Of a stretch of 64,000 bases of DNA, positions 23,507 through 36,505 are shown in pieces. Origin of the DNA: Paramecium tetraurelia. Taxonomy: Eukaryota. Both the position numbers and the translations under genes were made by a program. The stretch is from positions 124,001 to 188,000 of the forward strand of contig CT868053.1 in NCBI GenBank assembly GCA_000165425.1. The letters are read 5' to 3'. The notes below the pieces were generated by a model that did not search any database, was not told where the DNA came from, and saw only the letters and a list, made by a program, of their open reading frames with translations. How positions within the stretch are numbered: position 1 is the first letter of the stretch; every line of letters starts with the position of its first letter.

Positions 23507-25222
23507 ATGAATTAAATAGAATAAACAGGTAAAAAGAGTATTATCAAAAATTCGGAACCCATCCAAATCTCACACTATCAAATAGATAAGAAGAAATTCT
23601 ATGGCAAAGGACAATATGGAGCTGTTTATGGTTGCTCAGACATTTAGAATCCAGACTTGTAACTGTGTGCCAAGGTCTTGAAAGTAGAAGATGTCGATTA
23701 GTTAATCCTGAAAAGAGAAGTCGAAATAATATAAATGCTCATGCCAATCCAAAGAGAAAACCAGAACCTGATCCAAGTATTTGAGGTGTTCAATGAAAAA
23801 TCACATGGCAGCATCTACATCATCATGGAACTTTGCAAAGAAGGAGATCTCAAATAACTTCTGGATAAACGAAAGAAGAAAAACCAACCCTTCACCATAG
23901 ACGAAGCAATCAACATAGTCGCACAAATTGCCAATGGATATAAGACACTTTATAAATCCCGCATTATACACAGAGATATTAAACCAGCCAACATTCTTAT
24001 TTAAAATGGAGTATTCAAAATTGCCGATTTGGGCATGGGAAGAGTAATTGAGGACATGAATTATGCTCAAAACTTTACTAAAGTAGGCACTCCAGCCTAT
24101 GCAGCTCCTTAATTATTTTTAGAATCAAAGTTCTCTTCCAAAGCTGATGTCTACTCATTAGGTGTCATATTTTATCAACTGATCTATGGGTAATTACCTA
24201 TATAGGCCAACACTTAACCAGAACTATTGTAAAAGTTAAGGAATCTCAAAGCAACACCAAAATAGTGTGACGAGTAATGTCCTACAGGAATTGTGCCATA
24301 AAATGTGAGACAATTAATCCAGTAGATGCTCTATTATGATGAACATGAGAGATGCTCCTGGATGGATGTGTTCTAATCTGATATCTTGAGATAGATACTA
24401 TCTGAAACCAATTAGACATAGACCCCCACTAAAACCACTTAGGTTTTCCACTAACAAAAATCTGGACCTACCAATTACTAATAATACTACAGAGTCAACG
24501 ATATATCCGATAACAAAATTCTTCATATGATTCGTATTTTGACCAACAAAAGTGATTTTGCCAAAAAGTGTCATAAACATTTGCAGGACTAAAAGTATTT
24601 TAACTCATTCATCTATTTTTAGGTCTTTGCAAACTGCCTTCAACTTGAAAACAGGAGAATTAATATTGCTCTCTTTATGTATCTCAGGATATCGATACAA
24701 GTTAATTCAAAATATCTTAGGATTACTACTTAATTAATTCCATCAATTGATTCCTCAATTATAGGCAATTATCACTCCAGAAGAATTAAAAGAGAATTTC
24801 AAAATTAACGATTCGATTTCTAAGCGTTTGAAGGAATACATACAAAAAACACTCAATGCATCCATTCTTTAATTCAGGGTTTTTATTATTCATATTTCTA
24901 GGAAGACGAATGTAAATTCTTTAATTCCTGTTTCTAAATTAACCAGCTTTAAGTCCAGGAAATGAAGAAGGTTCTTGAATAGGATGACGACACAAATTAC
25001 TTATTCTTTGCTCAATCGTTCTAATTCTTTTTTACTTCTTTCGAAAACTCCTTTACTTAAAATATCAATGAACCAAATAATTAAGAGTAATATTTATATC
25101 GAATTCTTAGATTATTGAGCTTACTAAAGAGTATGATTAATTTAGAAACTGATTTTTCGATAATGGAATCCTTGAACAAATGTCCCTCCAAAATTTTGTA
25201 AGAAACAAATAAATTTAGTTGA
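23507..25222 (+). CDS. Ser/Thr protein kinase (ULK/CAMK-like ciliate family) with helical C-terminal domain
   Basis: GKGQYGAVYGC, LCAKVL, IIHRDIKPANILI, IADLGMGR, TKVGTPAYAAPQL; kinase domain is intronless. Confidence 0.9.
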
Positions 25223-25456
25223 TTCATTAAAGTATATTCAAATTAATGGATTTATATTTAATATTATTCCTTTTATCTTTTTCTCCTTTATTTATTCTAG
25301 TCTGGATATGAAGTCTATAATTAAATTATCAAATAGGCCTATCCTGAAAAATGTGTAATACCCCTTTATTCAGAAAATCTATTGGTTTATTATTGAATGA
25401 CTCATCTATGATATTTTCTAGTAGCTTAATGTTTTATTATTAAAAATATTACTATA

Positions 25457-26417
25457 ATGAAAAAGCAAAATAGTGAAAATTTTTAGGATTACTGTGTTTT
25501 CTATAAGGATAAGGAACTTCCTGCTATTCATAAGACGGATAAATTTATGAAGGCCTTGATTTTGGATTCAATCAAGGATTAAGAGCATCCACTTAATCAA
25601 TTAATTGAAAAAAAATAAACCTTTGTGCCATTTATTAATGAAAGAGATAGTATGGGAAGATTGATTTCAAGTGAATCCTATCATAGAAAAAGAAAAAGTG
25701 AGGCTTCAAGTCTGTTCAACTCTCCTAAAAATAGTCACGTTTTCATAAGTAAGAACTCCATATCGAATACTTGTAGCATTTATGAAAATTAACTACCTGC
25801 TGCAAAATTAAAATTAAAAAATCTTTTGGGAAGCACTCCTGAAAATACTGAATTATTTTAATCCACTTTATTGGGAAGTCAATGTGAATTTAAATAATCA
25901 TTTTAGTTTAATTCAAAACGCCCTTAGTATACATTAAGAACCCACAAAAAAAATAATAGTTTATAAAACAAGCTCCCCTAATTTGTTAAGGAGCAAAACA
26001 ATAAGGAATTTAAATTCTTCAAACAACCTACAACCCCATAAGCCACTAGATTTTATAAAAGTAGCTTTGTTATTGAGATGTTCAATCAAAACAAGTAATC
26101 TAAATTGTTATTACTCTTAGAATTGCTGAAAATAGACTCTAATACATATTGCTGATGGAAAAAGTGTAAAAGTTGTAAACCGAATTGTTAAAAAATTTAT
26201 CAGCCAACGAAAGAAGGAGAACATTCGTTAAATTGGATGGAAACAGAAGAGTCAAACTAAGTGTATTATTGCTTCTCTCCAGACAATGCATTTAATATCA
26301 GATGTTATAATGATTTGTAGATAATTTATATTTGATAATAGAGAAGAAATTTAACATCCTCATTTGACTATTATTGATTACTAAGTTTTTAAATTCAATA
26401 TCATCCCTTCTTTATGA
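25457..26417 (+). CDS. Hypothetical protein
   Basis: Long code-6 frame MKKQNSENFQDYCVFY...; 3' end depends on three inferred tiny introns. Confidence 0.6.
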
Positions 26418-26714
26418 CTCAGACATTTATCATTGAATGACTAACGATCTCAAGATACAATTCTCTTCTGTTCTAATTATTCATAACAGGACCTTTCCTA
26501 TTTTTGAATAAAATATACAATACACATTTATGAAATTAAGTGATTATTTCTAATATTCAAATTAATTGTTATAGTTATCTTTTATAATTTCTCCAATTTA
26601 TTATGCAAAAACTTAGAGTTTAATTACAAGCAAATAAGATACTAAGTGTTGGTTATCTCGAAAATAATAATTTCTAATTTGTAATCTTATAACAATATTA
26701 AAAATTTAAATTTT

Positions 26715-28720
26715 ATGTTTTTCAAGTAAGAAATTGTATATAGTTAGCTTTGCTCGTTTTTTCACTTAGCCATAACAATTAGATAATTTGTTGACAACTC
26801 CTGATTGTGATTTAGAAACGATTTTATCAACTGATGGAATTTTACAAGAAATAAAAGGTTTAGGAGCTACCAAGTTTGCTGATCAGTATTAAATTAAGCA
26901 TATTCGTAGTGTCATTAAGCATCCAGAAATGTATTAAAAAATGATCAATTACATTATTTAATTTGAAGATGAACTCATTGATAAGAAAACTCAAATTTAG
27001 TAATTTCTTAATTATACTCTTAGATACCCTTTTCTAACAAGTGAGATCTTAGGTAGTTAAAATTAGAAGCTGATTGATTACTTATTCGAGTGTCCCGAAG
27101 AAGAAATTTAAAATGAAAATTTATAAATACGCCAAGGATTGTACAACTAACTCCTGTCTTTCTTGGAAAATGACATCCTGAATGTTACTTCAGCAGGATA
27201 TTTTGCAAAGGCATTCATAGCAATAATAAAGAAGAGAGGCTTCGATGTATGATATTTTAAATATTTAGGTTTGGGCAACGATCGTCAAAAACAGAGCAAT
27301 ACTGTCAAACCTAATAAAGCACATCGATATTAAGCACATCGCAGAAATAATTGAAAAGCTAATCATTTTGGATACATCCCAAGAAAATTACGAAGAGAAA
27401 TTCCTAGAGGAAAGGAAGGAATTATTGGAAAGAATAATTAAATTATTAAAACACAAATCTTACAACACAGAGATAGTGGATAATGTTTGCGACATATTGA
27501 TTGAGATTACAACGAAGAGCATGAGTTCCTTGTATTATAACAATGGGGAGATCATACCTTTCATTGATATCATCAAGAAACCTGAATTATTCCTGAAAAT
27601 CGCCTTGTAAACATAGAGAATAGGCCCATACCAATTGTTAATCAATTTGGTAGAGATGTAATCGAAAGAAACCAAAAAGGAAGATGATGATGAGGTTGTT
27701 CATAATTTGGAGAAGGATTATTCAATTTTTGAATCGATTCTACCTGAATTACCTCCAAACCTTTTGAATCAAGATTATCACACTAGCAACTTCATTAATT
27801 CTAATAGATCGTCCATCCAACCTTTTGGATTAGCAAGAATGCATTTACTCAAACTTATTCAAGTTCTTGTTCAGTACTCAATTTATTCATATATTAAGAA
27901 CAAACGATTAAAAAATTATCAAGATTCTAATACATTACGGACTAATTGAAGCTTTGTAAGTTATCATTCTGAAGTATGAATCAAACAATCAAATACATGC
28001 TTGTTGTGATAAAATACTTAGGGCAATTATCGATCTTAATTAAGATGATTTCACTCTAGATGTAAAGTATTTTTAATTCTTTCAATAGGTTTTTGAAAAT
28101 AATAACCTTCTAAACTACATTGTTTAAAATCACAATAATGAAAATTCTAAAAAAGGTTTCATTGGATTCTTGACTTCCATCTCCAATTACCTTGAAGATA
28201 AGGGCAAACAAAACAATAAAATTCTCAAGTTCCTTCGCTAGAGTATATTATGATTCAATCATTATAGATGAATAATGGTAGATATTTGCGGACAACATCT
28301 TAAATTAAGTGAATTCAAAAGAGAAACCCTTTTTGTGTAATGCCAATCCAAGACCCAGTTAGGAACCTGATCTTCTTGATGAACAAGAAACTGACAATAT
28401 CTTGAACATTTTAAGAGTATGCACATTAATACAACTATTAGAAATTTAACAATAATTTCTAAAAGAATGACAAGCATGTTGGAAATAATGAGAATGGAGA
28501 GGGTGTCTAGAGGAATACCGAAGTGTTGAATGAATTTGAATAGGATTAATAGGAGGATACTGCTGAAGATGAAGATGTTTAAGAGGAGTTGGAATAACAA
28601 AATGATGATGATTAGAATGAAGAAGATGAATAAATTAAATAGGAATATAATTAGAGTAATTTCTGGAGATTGGATCCAAATGAGAAGGATGCTAAAGAAT
28701 TGTTGGATAATTTTGAATGA
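26715..28720 (+). CDS. SAPS-domain protein (SIT4/PP6 regulatory subunit)
   Basis: LDNLLTTPDCDLETILS, YPFLTSEIL, LNVTSAGYFAKAF, QPFGLARMHLLKLI; acidic tail; many tiny introns. Confidence 0.88.
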
Positions 28721-29056
28721 TAAATTATCATTAATGTAATTTTGAATTTTAAATCAAAATGCTGAATTCATAAATTCAGGTCAGTATTGAATTTTTATTA
28801 TATCTCAACTCCATTATAACTTTGTTTTAGATCATGTGGATGTTATTTCTCATTTTAACTCATGATTGAAATGACTTAGTAGCTTATATTCATTAAATAG
28901 AATAAATTAATTCATTTCTTAAAAAATAATCATTATTTTCATTTTATTAATCGATTAGAACAACACAGTTATTTATAGTATAAATTAAATCATTGTAGTT
29001 AGACCTTCAATAATAAAGGATTTAAATATATTGTATATCTGCTATTATATAATAAT

Positions 29057-29850
29057 TCAATTTTAATCCATAAGTTTTTTATAATAGTCTATTGGTTAAT
29101 TATCTAATATTCTCACAAATATTAATGTTTAATCTGCGAAAAGTTCGATTGGGTAAATGGAATCAAGTTTTAAGAAATGTATAATGAAGCATTACAATCT
29201 ACAAAATCTAAGGAAGTTATTACTTAATTGCTTCTAAATTTTAATTTTAAGTAAACCATTCTTGCTAGTAATACAATTTGAAAAAATAAGAATATATGTC
29301 GTAATTAATTTAGTTGGTGGCATCCAATTAAGTTTGCAACTTTTCAAATTTAAGATCTCCTTTTTTAGTATCCCTAAAATAGTTTACTATTTTAGAAAAC
29401 TCAGCAGGAACGGCCTCATAATAGAAAAAGATAATTTACATCTTTTAATTTTTTGCATTTCTCAAATGTCATTTAAATTTCCTTTCTCAAATAATCAGCT
29501 GTATTAGATTTTACATTGGAAAATTGAGTAATTTAATTTAGGTATTCTTTCTCATCTCTAAAGATTTTTTTCAATTGATTCGCCATCCCAGCATATTTAT
29601 CTTTATTTAAGAAATTTGTCCCTTGCAACAATTAGTAGTAATTGTAGCATACGACACAAATCCGAAGTATTTAAAGGTTGTAAAAATTATTGTTATCATC
29701 AACTACTTTTTTGTAGATAGCCTATTCAAGAAAGTAAGACAAATCTAATGACAGCTAACTTCTATAGAGTATGCATTGAAGGAATAGCTCTGGGCTGAAT
29801 TTATTAGTTGATATTTCCTCTAGTTTTATTAGATCAGATTTTTAATTCAT
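29057..29850 (-). CDS. Kinase-less paralogue of the neighbouring kinases' C-terminal domain, with an apparent +1 frameshift near its 3' end
   Basis: Collinear similarity to the tail of 29900-31761; an extra A at 29168-29171 gives TGA at 29163-29165, while homology continues in the shifted frame to 29057. Confidence 0.7.
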
Positions 29851-29899
29851 TGTGTAATTTAATAATTGCAAATTAAATATTATTTTCTATTATTATAAC

Positions 29900-31761
29900 T
29901 CAAACATTTTTTCTCTATTGCACAAGGGTTTCCAACTGTTGTTTTGTTAAATTTTCGTTGAGCACAATCTACTATGGATCTTGTTCACTGTACTTCTCAA
30001 AAGGAAATTCGGTATCAATATTCAAAAACTTCTCGATTAGTACCAACATTCTACTCTAAATAGTATTGATTACTTGAGATATCCGACATCGTATTGCTTG
30101 GATTTGTCATAAACCAAAATTTTTCTTAAATCCTACTTCCAAAAGAATTAGAACCATCTTCCATAGATTTTGAACTCTGTGTTATCAATGATGGACATGA
30201 GTTTTTAGAAGTTTTGGATGTTGTGTGGATAAGTGTTGGTCCTCATGAGTTTGATGATTTGATTCTCAGCATGGGTAAAGGCCTTATTCGACATATTCAA
30301 AAATTCACTAATATTTTCTTTGGTTTGTTCAGTCCATTCAGAATGATCATTCAAATATTCTTATAAGGTTTATTTTAAGGCTTGATTATCGTACATTTTT
30401 CTCATCTCCTCACAAATCACATCCAAACAATTGAAGCAGAAACCAAAGGCATTCATCAAAATCTTATAACGATAGCCAATGATGCAAGTTTGGAGCAACT
30501 CAAAGTGGTAAACATTGAAATAAGGGAATGATATTAAGCTATTATAATTGAAATTGTGTACAGTTATTCTGAAAGGACTTGGGAAAGATTGAAGGATAGT
30601 TCTGCCTTTGCCAAAAATAGAGAAACCAAATGATTAATGCGATCAGCCTTGGTGATTTTGTTTTGATTGGCAAATTTGCAAACTGCTCTAAATTTGACCT
30701 CGTTGAAGTATTATTGTTAGCCTGACTGCTATTGATATAAAAAGATGGAGTCCAACAACTTCATTTCACCTTGGCTATCAAAATTAGATGGTTTGGCGGG
30801 CATCTCAACTAAAATATAGAGATGTACACAATTACATAGTTCACTCTTCAATAGATCATCCCATCCTGGTCTTGCTTCTTCGCTGAATTACATCATTTTA
30901 TTGATGAGACTTTGGATTGCTTTCTTAGTTTATTATGGTCCCTCTTGTGTTAGTTCTGGACATTGGAAGGGTTTTACTTTAAGATCTTTGAGGAATTGAG
31001 TTAATTCTGGGATAGTTTTGGCTGTGAATGGCAATCTATTATTGAAGGCTAATTGATAGAGGATGACTCCCAACTAATGACTTAGATGATTTAGGTTACA
31101 GAATAGACGTCGCATTTTGAAGAGTATTGATCTTCCAAGTACAATTGAGGTGCTGCGTAGGCTGGAGTACCTACTTTTGTTAATACTTATTTTTTAGTAA
31201 TATCATCGAGCATTCTTCCCATTCCAAAGTCAGTTAGCTAATTTAATAAGAATGATGAGATACTTTCACGATAATCTAACCATTTCCATTGTTTTCAATA
31301 AGAATGTTGGCTGGCTTGATGTCTCTGTGTATAACTTTGATGTCAAATAAGGATTTATATCCCAATATTATTTGTCTAGCAATATCTTGTATTTGCTCTA
31401 GGGTGAATGATTTTTTGGATAATTGGTATTGGTCCATCAACTGCTTCAAATCTCCCCCGGTGCATCTCTCCATAACGATATATATTTGTCGTTCCTCTTT
31501 GATCACTCTATAAATTTTGACTAGATTGGGATTGTCCACTTTATTCAGTTACTCTAAGATTTTGATTTCTCTATCGATCAAGCCCTTCTCAATTTGGGCT
31601 TGGAGAACCTATATACTATCTCAATAAAGGAATACTTTGGCACATAATTTTTGATCCTTCAATTTCTCTGAATAGCATCCATAGACAACACCATATTGTC
31701 CTTTTCCAAGAAACTCTGACTTCTTGATCACAAAATCTTCCACTTTCTAATCTTACTCCAT
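29900..31761 (-). CDS. Ser/Thr protein kinase, paralogue of 23507-25222
   Basis: GKGQYGVVYGC, LCAK|VL, VIHRDIKPANILI, LTDFGMGR, TKVGTPAYAAPQL; several introns. Confidence 0.92.
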
Positions 31762-32163
31762 TTATAAAAGATATTAAATTAAGATAGATTTATTTAATAA
31801 AATATAGCTTTATAATTTATAAGTGATGTTAAGAACTCACTCTAATGACTTAATTTGTGTTCTCTTAATTTCAATTCTACATACTCAATTCCTCTTCAGT
31901 CAGTAAAAATCAATGAGAAGTGATTTCAATATTGTAGATTTATTATAGAAATTACAATTACTAATCAATAGGTGCCATATTATTATGGGTAAATACTTAC
32001 TAAGTCTTAACTAATCAAACAAATCTATATGTAGAAATATATGTATAATAAAAATTGTTTCTTTTGCGATTGTTGCTATATAAATTCTAGTATACTCAGA
32101 ACTGTATCACTGTTTAAAAATAGATTAACAAATATTAATAAAAAATATAGTATTATCAATAAA

Positions 32164-32716
32164 ATGCTTTATAATGATGAAATTTATTATTCTAGTGAAA
32201 TACATGAAGATAACTCATCAACATAATCAGCGTATAGTTGTTGCATTGCCTTTTTGTGTATGCTCTGTGGATATGTGCTGCTGTAAACCAATTCCTACAT
32301 CGAAGGGTAAATTGATAATTCGAACTAGCAAGTCAAATCCATACTATTATCAATGCACGATGACTTTGCCATTGACTTACTTTTGTGGAGTTGCATTTTT
32401 AATTGCAGCAGCGGTGAGATTGGTATTTTTAGTCGTTTTTTGTTTGCAATCACAAAAACAACAGCCTCATTCCAGTCTCTTTCACAAAAAAGTGAAGCAT
32501 TCTGAAGTGATGATTGCAATGGCGTAAGGATATTGACCTAATCAACTTAGATTCTTCTTCTTTGGTTCTTTCATTTTAATGGTGAAGGAACAATGTTACG
32601 AGTTGACAGTTGCCCTACTATTTGTATTGATATTGACAGCGTTCATGATTTTATAAATATGTTGTTACGATATGGAGGACGACGAAGTGATTTGTGAAGA
32701 AATACTTGATTATTGA
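32164..32716 (+). CDS. Small multi-pass (about 4 TM) membrane protein
   Basis: MLYNDEIYY...; two tiny introns join hydrophobic Cys-rich segments; TGA at 32714-32716. Confidence 0.7.
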
Positions 32717-32739
32717 AAGACATTATTATAAAACAAATA

Positions 32740-35700
32740 ATGAAATAAGATGACATTCAATCTCCTTAGTTGTGTGACAATTTTCCACCAAGACCTCCCA
32801 ATCCTAGGAGATCTGCAATCTTCAAATAACAAAATGCCATCAGTCTCACCAAACTAGACACCCGACTCCAAGAAAAGAATGACATGCTTGTTGCATAGAT
32901 CCAAAAGATTGTCAAACACATGCCCTCAGATGACAAATAACTCAAAGCAGAAAGACATATTTATGACGCTTACTATTTGAGAACCATCCGTAATGATATC
33001 GATCTTGCAGACAAAGTAATTTTAAAATATCTTTGGATCATTGAAAATAGCAGAATTTGGAGTGGATTTCTTTTGACACTAACAATCTTCTATCAAATCC
33101 TCACTTTCTTTGAAAAACCTTATCCCGAATCTGACTTCTATCAAGCACCCCAAGTTGCCAACATCGAATTGTTCATATTAATATTCCTTAAGATTGACTT
33201 CGTAATAACTTTGGTTTTGCTGGCCACTAAAAAGAACGATGGTGGGTTCCAATTCAACACTAAGAGAATGGTAAAAATGCTGTTCTTCTTGGTGTGTGCA
33301 ACAGATTTCATAAATTGGAAGATTGATTAAACTCAAATTCGATTCAGTAGATTAATTAGACCAGCATTGATGATATTTTATTCCAAAGATCTGAGACGAA
33401 ATCTTAAGGGCATAGTCAAAGCCAGCAAGGACTTGCTCCTCTTACTTTTACTGTACGTGATTATCATATCCACTTTTGCTTTCATCGGAATCAACTTAAT
33501 TGGATAACTGGAAACCGTCGATATAGACACACAAGACTATGGGGATTTCTTCAAACTGTTCAATATGCTCTTCATGGCTGCTACTCTGGATTTCTATCCT
33601 GACATTATGATACCACCCATCTTCTAAGGCACTTTCTACGCTCTCTATTTTGTCATCTACATAATACTCTTCCTATTTCTCTTTTAACCAATCCCCTTGG
33701 CTGTAGTCTATGAAGGATTTCGGAAACACAGAATGCAAATTGCAATCCAAGACATCATCAAATAAAAATCAGCTATGATGGCCAGTTTCATCTCACTAGA
33801 TTCTAATGACGCAGGTTTTTTGACTGAAAATCAATTCAAGAAATTCTTAAAAACCTTTTACCGTGATTAACTCACTGATGACGAAGTTAAAATCATCTTC
33901 TCTGAAATTGATAAAGACTTCAAGTAATTTACAATTATCAAATAGTGATAAGATTTAATTCGATGAATTTAACCAATTACTCTACGTCTTATAGAATAGC
34001 AAGAAAATCTCATTGCCCAGAACAAAACCACTCAAGTGTTGGGAATCTCTAAGGAATTTCCTAAATAAACATGGACTAAAGAAATTTATTGAATCTAATG
34101 TAATTATAACATATTATCTCAAAGTTATTCGCTCTATTCATGTTCCTAGTTACAATAATTAATTGTGGATTGATAATTTCTGCATTCTTTATTGAGGATT
34201 TGGATGTGATTGCCATATTTGATACTATTGACATAGTGTTCTTAGGTATCTTCATTTTTGAATGTTTAATTAAAATGATAGGGTTGGGAATATATGACTT
34301 TTTTGTTGATGGTTGGTATTATGTTTGATGTTATCTGTAGGAATGTTTTTGATATCTCGTTGATATTTCTATAGATACTGTTTGATTATATCTTATTTAG
34401 TTTTGTGACTGGAAATATCGTATAATCAATCAAAGCCAATAGGATTTTGAGAATTGCTAAGATCCAGAAGGTTTTCAGACTCTTTAGAGCCTTCAGATCC
34501 ATAAAGTTAGTGGGTTATCTACTGAGAGGATTAGAAATATTCGCCCATGTGAGAAATCTGCTATACAAGATCATCATTTGTGTTCCACTAATTCTCAGAT
34601 TGATCCTGCCAGTGTAGATAGTCTTTTTTACATATTCTTGCATAGGGATTTACATCTATGGAGGGATCTAAACAGATGATGAGAACCCATTCTCAAACAA
34701 CTCATGTGATCCGAATGAATTTCGATATTTGTGGGGTTAATGTAAATACGCAGACTTTAACTCAATGGGTGGATCATATTTGATGATGTTATAAGTGTTT
34801 ACAGCATCATCATGGGGACAATTAGTTTTTGAACTCTCATTTGACACCAAGAATCTAGTGACTCCAATGATCTTTATTGGATCATTTGTTTTCCTCTCCA
34901 TCTTCTTGTTGGCACTCATCGGAGGGTTGGTTTGGGAAGTCTTCACAGTTGTCTCTAAGACTCTATTTGAATAAGAGATGGAGCATTTCAAACCAGAAGA
35001 GAGAGTGGCTATGTAACTTAATTTTTAGGATGAAGCTTTACTGGGTAGCAGTTTGGGGACTGAATATGACATTCGAAATGGTACTTAGTTAAGTAATGCT
35101 ATTCAGTTACAAAAGAAAACTGCAATCCTCAATGATGATAATCCAGACATCCTAGAGTTTAGACCGAGGAATGTGAATTTTAGAGCAAATCAGAATGAGA
35201 AGTTGGAAATTCCTATTGAGTTGGATATTCAGATTGATACACAAATGTACAGTAAGGTATTGAAGGTAGGAATCAATCCAAACCAAGTGACTAGGAATTT
35301 GAAACCTTAAGGAGATTTTGCTTAAATTGTTGAGGATGAATTGCTTGAGATTTAGAAACTGTACTGTGACTACTTTATTGATTATTAAGAATTCTTGGAA
35401 AGCAAATTCATTAAGGAGTCTCATAACATTTATAATGTTACTTCAGAGTATGTTGTGCACATAAGGAATGAAATTAAGAAGGACGAAATGTTCAAACGGA
35501 AACATGTCAACATTTCTAACCATGATTTACTGATCTAAAATGCTGTTTTGAGAGATACTAGCGAAATGTATATTAAATAATAGGAGGAATAGTACTTTAA
35601 GACTGAATATGGTTAGAAATTTGAATTGATCAAAGAACTCAAATTTCAGAGTAAGTTTAAAATTGAGAGCAAGATACTGTTCTCTTTAATGGGCATATTG

Positions 35701-36483
35701 AAATTTCCAAAACCCAATATTAAGTATTTCTTTTAGATTCTCTATTTGATCGAGAATTACTTCACCTATTAATTGTTACCAGATTGCTCCTTCTTTAAGT
35801 TATTGCATCAGATGGATGGAAAATGGTATTTGATTAGTATTGAAGACAAGCAAATTGTATTCACAAAGATTGGAGCAGGACCTTGGACCCATGATAATTT
35901 ATTGTTTGATCAATGTCAAATGAGGATTTGTGAAAATCTTAAATTCATGAAAGAAATCAAGAATGCTGAAGTGAAAACACATGTAAGAGAATTCCACAAC
36001 AGCATGAACAAAATGGCTAAACAGTTCGAACTTGATGTTACCAAATTAGATGTCAGGAGTACCATCATCATATATTAAATAAAAAATGAGCGTTATGCTC
36101 CTCCTGATTCTACGACTCCCAGAATGAATGGATACAAACCAATCATCAGTCCAAGATATATGACAATGAGCGTTAAGAATCCACTTGTAAGTCAACTCAA
36201 TGTGGATGTGAACTCTTTAAATGAGGAGTACAATCCAGAGGAGATTTTTCAAATGGGCGATAATGTTGACGAGTGTCATAGACATGTCAGTTAAACTATG
36301 ATTTTCGTTCTCTCCAAGATCTAGGCTCAAGAGAGTAGGATTGTGTATCAAAATCAGGTTATGCTGGCTTAATTTGTCTTAGATTTGGCTGGGGTTATTA
36401 AGAACTATTCTGACAATTTCTTTTAACAATTAGAGGAGTTATATTCTTTACGCAGTAAACAAAGGGGAGTTAAATAAAAATGA
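32740..36483 (+). CDS. Two-pore channel (TPC)-type 2x6TM cation channel with EF-hand linker and long C-terminal tail
   Basis: S4-I RFSRLIRP, pore-I ATLDFYPDIMIP, S6 PLAVVYEGF, EF-hand-like DSNDAGFL and DKDFNDKI, S4-II, pore-II DFNS..TASSWG. Confidence 0.9.
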
Positions 36484-36505
36484 TAATTAATATATATAAA
36501 TTATA

